64,000 nucleotides of DNA from Macrostomum lignano (lineage: Eukaryota): the NCBI GenBank assembly GCA_002269645.1, contig NIVC01002156.1, forward strand, positions 62,001 through 126,000, read 5' to 3'. The position numbers and the translations under genes were made by a program. Shown here one piece after another: positions 11,768-21,408 of the stretch. How positions within the stretch are numbered: position 1 is the stretch's first letter; every line of letters begins with the position of its first letter. The notes below the pieces were generated by a model that saw nothing but the letters and a program-made list of their open reading frames with translations, was not told the DNA's origin and ran no database searches.

Positions 11768-11857
11768 GTAAGTAAACACTGTTTAAAATGTGTCAGTTTT
11801 TATGACTAGCAGATATTGAAAACAAGCGTGATTAATCTGTGCACCTGTGTCCCACAG

Positions 11858-12095
11858 CCACCACAGCTGAACGATTCTTCCGAATTGACAAGCAGCAAGA
11901 GTCGTTGCACTTCATCACGGACATCAGCTCGGAAGATCTGTACGTTCTGGACCCGGAGCTGATCACTGGCAGCTCTGACGAACGACTGTTCCCAGTTGAG
12001 CGGGTGCACAGCGAGGAAACTCTGCCAAATATGCTAGTTCATAGCCCGGCTATTGAGGTTGCAGCCAGTCCCGATCCCGACTATCGCTGCTCCAG
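11858..12095 (+). CDS. DGKZ: DGK exon
   Basis: CCCACAG| (S)TTAERFFRIDKQQESLHFITDISSEDLYVLDPELI...YRCS AG|GTAAAG; equivalent to [36 protein letters not shown]. Confidence 0.92.
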
Positions 12096-12668
12096 GTAAA
12101 GTTATCTAATTTAGTTTCTGTGCTTTATTAATTCCTGGTTTTGTTAATATTTATACTAGGAGTAAAGTGCTACTATTCTTTAAGCAGTTCTAATGCATGC
12201 TTGATAAATTTGTTTAAATTGCGCGAGTGAAACAGTTTACTATTGAAAGTAAACTTGCATGTTTATTAACTTATAGCATGGTTTTTCGATAGAAAAAGTA
12301 CATGTATAGAATCTTATCGGCTTTTGAAATTAGTCTGCAGAAATTTATCCTATTTTAACCTTTTCTGCATGCGACAAGTGTATAGCTTGTCGTACTTTAC
12401 CTAATATAAATATTTCTAAATATATACTACTTAACATTCGAAGGCTATTTAATTTTTTTCGCTAATAAATTTAATGCACTAGCACTATATTAATCATCAT
12501 CTTTTCTAATCAGGTTATTGTATTAATTTAAATTTTGTGCGTTCTATATATTTACTTACACAACGACACGTTGTTGCACTTAATACGTTTAAAACGGATT
12601 TTCCGCGGAAATTCCGCGGTTTTTCCTTGTCTTAAATCACCTATACGAATATGTACAAATATATGTAG

Positions 12669-12812
12669 GCCATCAGCCAGAAAGGGCAGCGAGGCGGTTG
12701 CCAATCCGCCCCCTTCGGCTGGCTTGCGTCTTCGCTTGCGTCGAGCCACCGCCATTTCGGACAATTTTCTGGCCAAAACAACCGAACAGCAAGAGAAGCC
12801 GGCTTATTCGAG
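12669..12812 (+). CDS. DGKZ: Probable DGK exon (low-complexity linker)
   Basis: ATGTAG| (R)PSARKGSEAVANPPPSAGLRLRLRRATAISDNFLAKTTEQQEKPAYS AG|GTTGGG; GC-rich island in an AT-rich intron, phase 2-2. The donor is weak and there is no recognisable homology. Confidence 0.5.
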
Positions 12813-13398
12813 GTTGGGAAAGAAAGGGTTGCTCGTGAGATAGAGGCTTGCTAGTGTTGGAGAGTGAATGTATCGATTGTGTTATGTGTCATAACCTCAC
12901 TTTTCTGTCTATTTATGCCGCCATGTGAACTCTGGTATAGCAAGTAATGAAGTTCCAGTATCTAAAATGATAAATTATTAAGATTCGAAAATTCTAATTA
13001 TTGTAATGATGACTATTTGGGAATGACTCTCAAGGTCACTTTGAATGAAAGCACGCCACTGCCTCGTGGAATTATCTCAGATGTCCGCACAACACTAAGC
13101 AGTGAAGTGATTTCAAAGTGACCTTGATAGAATTTCCAGCATTTAGAAACCGACGGAAAAACATTTCAATGTCACCTGAGTTCACATGTCAGAATCAGAA
13201 TAATGTCACTGTTTTGCCTGGTTGGTTGTGTCATCTGACTTTTTTATTCATTTTGTTTTGATTAATTGATAATTAGTCAAAGCGCTTGCTGTTATTGTGA
13301 CGTTAAATTTTACGTGTCCGTACATGTACTTGTAACTTGTGACGTACTTTTCGATTTGTCGCTGCATAGTTTAGATAGTTTAGCGCATGCGTACGCTG

Positions 13399-13757
13399 GG
13401 GGCCGTAGCCCAGCGGTAGCGCAGCTGCTCTGGTGTGCCAGCGACCCAGGCTCGATTCCAAGTGCAGCCACATTAATTTGGGGCTGAATTGGAATTTCGG
13501 CTTGGCTCGCTTGTGCAATTAACGGCCTTGAGAGCCAACCCCCCAAGGCGCAGTGAAGTGTACATGCCTAACGATAATATAAAGTTAGGGCCGCTGTACA
13601 CTCCTGTGTGAGTGTGTGCCTGCGTAACGTATCCGCGCGCTTGTATGCCTGCTCAGGGGAGTCGGCGGAATGGGCAGTAATGCCTCTCGCCGGTTGTGTG
13701 CCAATGACGCTTAAATTGCGCCAGGGTGCACACAACCCCCCTGCCTCTAATAAAAAA
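13399..13757 (+). mobile_element. tRNA-derived SINE, copy 2 (intact Pol III head)
   Basis: A-box TAGCCCAGCGG (13406-13416); B-box-like GGCTCGATTCC (13449-13459); 3' stem GGTTGTGTGC (13692-13701)/GCACACAACC (13728-13737); tail TAATAAAAAA. Confidence 0.85.
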
Positions 13758-14311
13758 GGCCAATTTAAACAGATAAGGAAATTAAAGTTCTGGGACTATA
13801 AAACCGAGCAAATGTACATTCATTTAAGAGCTGTTGTTGGTTCTCGTCAACTTAAGGAATAAGGGCGAGGGTTTTTATTACCCCCAATGTACATTACATG
13901 CTTGTATATTGGAGATTAATTGCAAGATAAAAACAAGTGTACAACGTATCTTGGGTTGTTGGTAAGACATAATAATTAGGCTTAATGCGATTTATTTTAA
14001 GTTTTAGTGGGTGTTTAATTTTACAAATGAAAGTAATTAAACTTGTGCATCAAAAGTTATTGGATGGCTTTCAGTGTACATTAATGCAATCTACATAAGA
14101 GCATTTTATTTTACCGAAATACATGTACGTTAAGGACTTGAATCACAGACCATTCTAATAGATTGAAGTACGAACGCGAAAATGAAGAAAAACGCAATTT
14201 AATTTTCCTGACAAACGCTACAATTGATACTATAGCTATTGATAAATAGGAGCGCTAAATGCACACTTGTCACGGGATCCAAACGAATTTTTTTGTCTTA
14301 TCACTGTTTAT

Positions 14312-14670
14312 CAGTGGCGGCGCAGGGGGGGGGGGGGGGGGGGCGGGCTGCCCCCGGGTGACCACCCCTCACCACCCTCAGGGGGTGACCACCCACTTAA
14401 AAAAAATTGGTACTTTCGTCTTTACCATATTTTTTCAAAAGTGTGGTCACCCCATGGGGCATGGGGGTGGTCACCTGAGACCTCAGGGGGTGGTCACCCG
14501 GTAGGGCCTGTAGGCTGTAAGGGTGGTCACCCTTTGAGGGCGAACCGCGAACTGGGCCTGGGCGATAACGAATCCTAACGATTTTGGAAAGCTTTTTTTT
14601 TGATAATTTTTTCTGGGGGTGACCACCCAACCACCGCCCCCCCCCAGCTGGAGGTCCTGCGCCGCCACTG
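14312..14670. mobile_element. hAT-type MITE (359 bp, non-autonomous)
   Basis: Perfect 15-bp TIRs CAGTGGCGGCGCAGG/CCTGCGCCGCCACTG; perfect 8-bp TSD CTGTTTAT (14304-14311, 14671-14678); seven internal GGTGACCAC/GTGGTCACC motifs; no ORF. Confidence 0.9.
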
Positions 14671-15160
14671 CTGTTTATTATTGTACTTACAGTCCTGCTT
14701 GTAAACTTCACAGCTCGTCGTGTATAATGTCACAAATGCAAAGAGCACCATTCACTAGCATATTTGTCTTATATGCACTCTCTTTGGAAACTGTTTTTTA
14801 ATACTCGTAGTTGCAGATCTTAGTATAGTCTAGAAATTAATTACATAACTCTAATGTCTAATGTTGCTAATATAAAATAGACAGAAGATACAATTGTTAG
14901 ATAAAAGTTTGTTTGCTTGTTTGCGTTCTAAGTCTAGGGAAAATACTTTTGGGCGTTATTAGATATTCCTGAGTGGGACCATCGACAAAGTGTTGCGCTG
15001 TTACGCAGTCTCAAGTACCACAAAATGAATAGCTACTCACAAATGTCCCATATACTCTTATGTCTAGTAATTTATATAAACCTGTTTCGACTAATCATTG
15101 GTATAAATTATCAAAAACTATAGTTATTCTTGCTTGCTGTTTTAAGGATTTTTCGTCAGA

Positions 15161-15400
15161 CCATCCACCTCGTTTCGCGTCCTTGGGGAAGCCCCAGTTT
15201 ATTGGCTAATAGATTTTCAATCCATCCACCCCTCACTCCGCGTCCTTGGGGAAACCCCAGTTTATTGGCTAAAAGATTTTCGATCTTCCAACTATCATCC
15301 TCACTCCGCGTCCTTGGGGAAACCCCAGTTTATTGGCTAAAGGATTTTCCATCGTTCTATCCACAATGCTCCGCTTCAGAAGCCCCGGTTGCTTAGCTAA
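15161..15400. repeat. 3 copies (plus a decayed fourth) of a ~62-69-bp unit with core CGCGTCCTTGGGGAA(A/G)CCCCAGTTTATTGGCTAA
   Basis: Core starts near 15177, 15239 and 15308. Confidence 0.85.
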
Positions 15401-15460
15401 AGAACTTTCTCCCTTCCATTCCATGCAAATCTACCCAATCAACTTCCGCCATAATCACAG

Positions 15461-15723
15461 CTCGGAGCCCGGCTCGCCAGACTCTGACAACGCCGCGGCC
15501 GTCGGTCCCCCAGTCGGCCAGCTAGTGCGCAGGCGCAACAGTTTCCTATCGGCTATGAATAAAAATCTTATCGAAGCTTGCAAACGCGGCTCGCTAGACA
15601 AAATGCGATCGCTCAGAGACGAGGGCGCGGATCTGTGCGCCGCCGATGGAGCCGGCATGACCTGTCTGCATCATGCGACTCGCTTCGGCTACAAGGACAT
15701 TGTTGCCTATCTCATAGAGAATG
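15461..15723 (+). CDS. DGKZ: DGK exon: ankyrin repeats (N-terminal part)
   Basis: TCACAG| ...NLIEACKRGSLDKMRSLRDEGADLCAADGAGMTCLHHATRFGYKDIVAYLIEN G|GTGAGA. Confidence 0.9.
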
Positions 15724-15818
15724 GTGAGAGATCTTATTTTTTTATAAACTTGACATTTTATATACACCGTTCTACTTATATTAGGAGTAAACGAGACAAA
15801 ATTACCTAATAAATTCAG

Positions 15819-16019
15819 GCCCGCCACAGCTATTAGACATGATCGACACAGAGAAAGGTCAAACTGCCCTACACAAGGCTAGCTGGTATCAGCGAAGGCA
15901 GATCTGTCATCTGTTGGTGCAGGCGGGAGCCAGTCTGACCATTACAGATTTCTCCGGCCTGACGCCGAGACAGCAGGCGCAGCGGGCTGAGGACAGTGAG
16001 CTGGCACTGTGGCTTGAGA
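15819..16019 (+). CDS. DGKZ: DGK exon: ankyrin repeats (C-terminal part)
   Basis: TTCAG| (G)PPQLLDMIDTEKGQTALHKASWYQRRQICHLLVQAGASLTITDFSGLTPRQQAQRAEDSELALWLE A|GTGAGT. Confidence 0.92.
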
Positions 16020-16094
16020 GTGAGTCAAAAATGACCCCCATCATGAGCAAGTCGGAAGGGTCCTACCTGTTCAATTCTAAATGCAATAATGTGA

Positions 16095-18365
16095 TATTAT
16101 CTATGGCCTGCTACCCCAACCCCATTCTTATTATTTATGGCCTGCTACCCCAACCCCATTCTTATTATCTATGGCCTGCTACCCCACTCCCCATTCTTAT
16201 TATCTATGGCCTGCTACCCCACTCCCCATTCTTATTATCTATGGCCTGCTACCCCACTCCCATTCTTATTATCTATGGCCTGCTACCCCAACCCCCATTC
16301 TTATTATCTATGGCCTGCTACCCCACTCCCCATTCTTATTATCTATGGCCTGCTACCCCACTCCCCATTCTTATTATCTATGGCCTGCTACCCCACTCCC
16401 CATTCTTATTATCTATGGCCTGCTACCCCACTCCCCATTCTTATTATCTATGGCCTGCTACCCCACTCCCCATTCTTATTATCTATGGCCTGCTACCCCA
16501 ACCCCCATTCTTATTATCTATGGCCTGCTACCCCAACCCCCATTCTTATTATCTATGGCTTGCTACCCCAACCCCCATTCTTATTATCTATGGCCTGCTA
16601 CCCCACTCCCCATTCTTATTATCTATGGCCTGCTACCCCACTCCCCATTCTTATTATCTATGGCCTGCTACCCCACTCCCCATTCTTATTATCTATGGCC
16701 TGCTACCCCACCCCCATTCTTATTATCTATGGCCTGCTACCCCACTCCCCATTCTTATTATCTATGGCCTGCTACCCCACTCCCCATTCTTATTATCTAT
16801 GGCCTGCTACCCCACTCCCCATTCTTATTATCTATGGCCTGCTACCCCACTCCCCATTCTTATTATCTATGGCCTGCTACCCCACTCCCCATTCTTATTA
16901 TCTATGGCCTGCTACCCCACTCCCCATTCTTATTATCTATGGCCTGCTACCCCACTCCCCATTCTTATTATCTATGGCCTGCTACCCCAACCCCCATTCT
17001 TATTATCTATGGCCTGCTACCCCACTCCCCATTCTTATTATCTATGGCCTGCTACCCCACTCCCCATTCTTATTATCTATGGCCTGCTACCCCAACCCCC
17101 ATTCTTATTATCTATGGCCTGCTACCCCACTCCCCATTCTTATTATCTATGGCCTGCTACCCCACTTCCCATTCTTATTATCTATGGCCTGCTACCCCAA
17201 CCCCATTCTTATTATCTATGGCCTGCTACCCCAACCCCCATTCTTATTATCTATGGCTTGCTACCCCAACCCCCATTCTTATTATCTATGGCCTGCTACC
17301 CCAACCCCCATTCTTATTATCTACGGCTTGCTACCCCACTCCCCATTCTTATTATCTATGGCCTGCTACCCCACTCCCCATTCTTATTATCTATGGCCTG
17401 CTACCCCAACCCCCATTCTTATTATCTATGGCCTGCTACCCCACTCCCCATTCTTATTATCTATGGCCTGCTAGCCCAACCCCCATTCTTATTATCTAAG
17501 GCCTGCTACCCCAACCCCCATTCTTATTATCTATGGCCTGCTACCCCAACCCCCATTCTTATTATCTATGGCCTGCTACCCCACTCCCCATTCTTATTAT
17601 CTATGGCCTGCTACCCCACTCCCCATTCTTATTATCTATGGCCTGCTACCCCACTCCCCATTCTTATTATCTATGGCCTGCTACCCCACTCCCCATTCTT
17701 ATTATCTATGGCTTGCTACCCCAACCCCCATTCTTATTATCTATGGCCTGCTACCCCACTCCCATTCTTATTATCTATGGCCTGCTACCCCAACCCCCCA
17801 ATCTTATTATCTATGGCCTGCTACCCCACTCCCCATTCTTATTATCTATGGCTTGCTACCCCAACCCCCATTCTTATTATCTATGGCCTGCTACCCCAAC
17901 CCCCATTCTTATTATCTATGGCCTGCTACCCCAACCCCCATTCTTATTATCTATGGCCTGCTACCCCACTCCCCATTCTTATTATCTATGGCCTGCTACC
18001 CCACTCCCCATTCTTATTATCTATGGCCTGCTACCCCACTCCCCATTCTTATTATCTATGGCCTGCTACCCCACTCCCCATTCTTATTATCTATGGCCTG
18101 CTACCCCACCCCCATTCTTATTATCTATGGCCTGCTACCCCAACCCCCATTCTTATTATCTATGGCCTGCTACCCCACTCCCCATTCTCATTATCTATGG
18201 CCTGCTACCCCACTCCCCATTCTTATTATCTATGGCCTGCTACCCCACCCCATTCTTATTATCTATGGCCTGCTACCCCAACCCCCCAATCTTATTATCT
18301 ATGGCCTGCTACCCCACTCCCCATTCTTATTATCTATGGCTTGCTACCCCAACCCCCATTCTTAT
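16095..18365. repeat. 35-bp minisatellite CATTCTTATTATCTATGGCCTGCTACCCCA(C/A)(T/C)CCC, left part, ~65 copies
   Basis: Direct inspection; continues after the LTR element at 26821. Confidence 0.97.
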
Positions 18366-19191
18366 TGTCATGAATGTGTTATGACAATGTGCTCTTTGCT
18401 TAGTTGCTGCACCGGGCCAGTGGGCCGTCCTCTCCCCCTCCCCCCTCCTTAGATATTTTCTGACTCACTCACCTGCACTTCTGCGCGTGCGTACCCCTCC
18501 CCTCCCTGCCTAGACCTTTTCTGTTGAGTCAACCCCCCCATGCTCTGCGTGCGACCCCCCCCTGTGCGACCCCGCCCCATTATTTTGTTAGCTTTGCTGC
18601 CCCGCCCCTGTTTGTGATTGGCTGCCAGTCCCAGTCTGCCGTGCTGCGCCCCGGCGATTGGCTGGTACAGCTCATGCGTTGCCTTGGCTGATGTCTAAGC
18701 CCCCTTTTCTGCCTTTATCCCGCGCCCTCGACCCCCAGTTTGCTGCCTATTTATTCGGCCCCCTTGAGACCCCATTCTCGTCGTCTTCGTGGCTCCTCGG
18801 CGATTGTGCCAGCGTTGGTTGCTGAATTGCTATTCCTCGCAGAATTGCTAGACAAATATATAAGTAAAGAATATCGAGATCACCACTGCTCTGACGGCGC
18901 TGGTTCTTGTACGACTGAAATCGCGGCTGGTAAGCCTTCCAATTCGTACGTCATTTGGGTCTGCATCTGTACTAGGCACCTTAGAGGGATTAAGTGCGTC
19001 GTACGCCGGTCCCACCCCAAGCAGCTCTGCGTCGTACGCGAGTCTGTAGGCTGTCGTGCGTCGTACGCTCGAGCAGCCTAGTCCCGACGGACACCGCGTC
19101 GTACGCGTGTCAGTGGAGGACCGCAGCCAGGGTCAGTACACGAACCCGGGTCTGGGAAAGGGGCACGAAAGGACCGAGCCCCATCATCACA
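18366..19191 (+). repeat. 5' LTR (826 bp)
   Basis: TGTCATGAAT...CCATCATCACA. By eye it differs from the 3' LTR only by one substitution (T18861 vs C26490) and two 1-bp poly-C indels. Confidence 0.97.
18570..18868 (+). promoter_or_regulatory. Candidate LTR promoter elements: two GC boxes, two inverted CCAAT boxes, TATA-like TATATAA and AGTAAA hexamer
   Basis: CCCCGCCCC at 18570-18578 and 18600-18608; ATTGG at 18617-18621 and 18657-18661; TATATAA at 18857-18863; AGTAAA at 18863-18868. Motif match only. Confidence 0.4.
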
Positions 19192-19194
19192 AAT

Positions 19195-19212
19195 TGGCAT
19201 CCTTGGTGGGAC
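19195..19212 (+). promoter_or_regulatory. Primer-binding site (PBS)
   Basis: TGGCATCCTTGGTGGGAC, 3 nt after the 5' LTR. Its reverse complement GTCCCACCAAGGATGCCA has the form of a tRNA 3' end (T-stem, acceptor, G discriminator, CCA). tRNA-Arg is a guess. Confidence 0.8.
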
Positions 19213-19299
19213 CCTGCGCTGTGGAAGACTAAGCAAGGAAGAAAGCTCGAGGCGCGGAATATTGTGAGAAATTAAGGTTAGAAACTGTGACGCCGTGGT

Positions 19300-20355
19300 A
19301 TGGATGCTGGAGGTGCTGCTGGAGGTGCTGCTGGAGGTGCGGCTGGGGGTGCGGCTGGAGGTGCTGCTGGAGGTGCTGCTGGAGCCTTTGGTGTTAATGA
19401 TCTGGTCGCCGCCTTGACTGCCCAGATTCAGCAGAACATGCAGCAAGCGGGTGCCCTCAGGATTCAGAGGCCGGTGAAGTATGCTCCAGGAATGAATTTC
19501 GTGAAGTGGTTGAGGCTCTTCGTAGCTTATTGCGATGCCATGCAGATTCCGATGCAGAATCGGCGCGCTCAGTTGCTCAGCAATCTAGACTTCAGCACAT
19601 TCCAAGTTGTCGACAACATGAACCTTGGGGACGACTTGCAGTTCGAAGAATTTACCCAGGCCTTGAGGGATAGGTTCACTATGCACCGTACCGTCGTCGA
19701 CTACCGCACAGAACTGAGCAATAGAGAGCAGAGCGAGAAGGAGTCGGTAGAAGATTTCTCTGAAGCTGTGATTGAGTTGGTCGCAAACGCCTTTCCTGAT
19801 GCGCCTGCCGATGTGCGCGATGATCTTGCGAAAGAGCGATTTATGCGAGGCGTCCGTGCGGGGGTGGCTGTGCGGGAGCGATTGTACATGAGCCAGCCGG
19901 AGACCTTAGCAGACGCGATGCGTCTAGTGCATCAGCTGGAAGCGGCGGTTAGGGCAAGTCACGGTCCACCAGGTCAGGGATCAAAAAGAGCTACCGTCTG
20001 TGCTGTCACAGCTGAGACTAGAAATGAGGCTTCCGAAAGCAGTGAGGTCGAGATGCTTCGAAAACAGCTTGCGGCCATGGAGATGCGAATGAAAGAGATG
20101 GAGGAGCGGAGGTCTGGAGAAGCGGAAGAGCCGACCCCGGTGAGTCGGAAGGCTGTGCAGTGTTTTTCGTGTCGAGAGTGGGGCCATATCTCATCAAAGT
20201 GTCCCAAGAAAACCAGCCAGACAAGTGGAAACGGGAAATCGCCAGTACGATGTCACAAGTGCAACGGTGAAGGCCACCTATCCTTCAAGTGTCCGAAGTC
20301 GGGAAACGGGCCGAGGGGACCGACCGGGGAGAGTCGGGACCCTGCCAGGAAGTGA
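19300..20355 (+). CDS. gag: Gag: (GGAA)6 N-terminus, capsid-like domain, two CCHC zinc knuckles
   Basis: CFSCREWGHISSKC and CHKCNGEGHLSFKC; first ORF after the PBS. Confidence 0.92.
   Translation: MDAGGAAGGAAGGAAGGAAGGAAGGAAGAFGVNDLVAALTAQIQQNMQQAGALRIQRPVKYAPGMNFVKWLRLFVAYCDAMQIPMQNRRAQLLSNLDFSTFQVVDNMNLGDDLQFEEFTQALRDRFTMHRTVVDYRTELSNREQSEKESVEDFSEAVIELVANAFPDAPADVRDDLAKERFMRGVRAGVAVRERLYMSQPETLADAMRLVHQLEAAVRASHGPPGQGSKRATVCAVTAETRNEASESSEVEMLRKQLAAMEMRMKEMEERRSGEAEEPTPVSRKAVQCFSCREWGHISSKCPKKTSQTSGNGKSPVRCHKCNGEGHLSFKCPKSGNGPRGPTGESRDPARK
20301..20307 (+). promoter_or_regulatory. -1 programmed ribosomal frameshift heptamer G_GGA_AAC (gag to pol)
   Basis: X_XXY_YYZ pattern correctly phased in the gag frame, inside the gag/pro overlap; pro is in the -1 frame. 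Confidence 0.8.
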
Positions 20356-21408
20356 AGTCTCCCAGGGGCGAGGAACCGGTGTTGCTCACTAACTCTGTAA
20401 ATAAATCCAAGTGCGTCTCTGGTGATGGGAATTCAAAGAGCAACCTGGTTCATGAGGCGTGTTCGTCGGTATCAACGGAGCCTCTGACAGTTTTTATTTC
20501 CGGTGCGGTTTCCGGCAAGCCAGTGGCTCTGCTGTTAGACAGTGGTGCGAGTGTGTCAGTGCTGAGCTGTGATGTTTTCCTGAGGCTGCCGCAAGAGGTG
20601 AGGGAGAGACTGACTGCAATGGACGGTTCCCTTTCAACGGCCAATGGAGGTGCGATGAGGATGAGAGGCTGCATTGTGCTGGACGTGGAGATTGGCGGCG
20701 AGCGGTGGTCAGCGAATTTCTTCGTAGTGGACGGATTGCGTTATGATGTCATTCTCGGGTCCGAATTTTTCAAACAGCATCGTTGCGTCATCAACTATTC
20801 GGAGTTTGTCTTTCGAGTGGGCGATGTTAGAGTTCCGATACGGCAGAAAGGCGAGCTGCCCGTGGTGTGTCGAATCAAAGCCGAGACAACGGTATTTCTG
20901 GAACCGGCGCAAGAAGTGGTCATGCCAGCCAGGGTAGAGAAAAAGGGCGCAAGAAACTGCGGATCGGTCGGCATAACGGAAGAAAAGCCGGTGAAGGCCG
21001 CTGAGAAGGATTTGGCGATGGCTCGAGCTCTGGTAGCGCCCGGTGTGGATGGACGGCTGCCGATGAGATTGCTGAATACGTCCAGTTGTAGGAAGAGGGT
21101 CAAGAAAGGAGAGACGATTGGCTGGTTTATTCCTTTGGAACCGAACGGAGGTATCAACGTGGTGCGCTTGGACGACGACGTAGAGGCCAAGAATGAAGCG
21201 GAGGCATGGGACCCGATCGAAGAATTCCGCGAGTGGGGTTCATGTGGCCTGTCGGAGGAGGAGGAAGCCGACTTCAGGGAGCTGATTTCCCAACATCGGG
21301 CTGTCTTTGCTAAGGACTCCAAGGATCTCGGCTGTACGACGGTGATGAAGCACGAGATCGACACTGGAGATGCCAGGCCTGTGAAAGAAGCGGCGAGGCG
21401 GATTCCCC
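20301..21408 (+). CDS. pol: Pol segment 1: aspartic protease and linker (ORF 20289-21509)
   Basis: VALLLDSGASVSVL (DSG at 20538-20546) and YDVILGSEFF. The frame breaks at CCCC 21405-21408. Confidence 0.9.

Noticed and set aside
15839-18452. 844-aa and other ORFs running from the ankyrin exon into MACYPTPHSYYLWP repeats
   Set aside because: Read-through of the GTGAGT donor at 16020 into a stop-free 35-bp repeat; the true protein continues at 27771.
20233-20239. Second GGGAAA(T) slippery-like site
   Set aside because: Not phased X_XXY_YYZ in the gag frame and upstream of the pro overlap.
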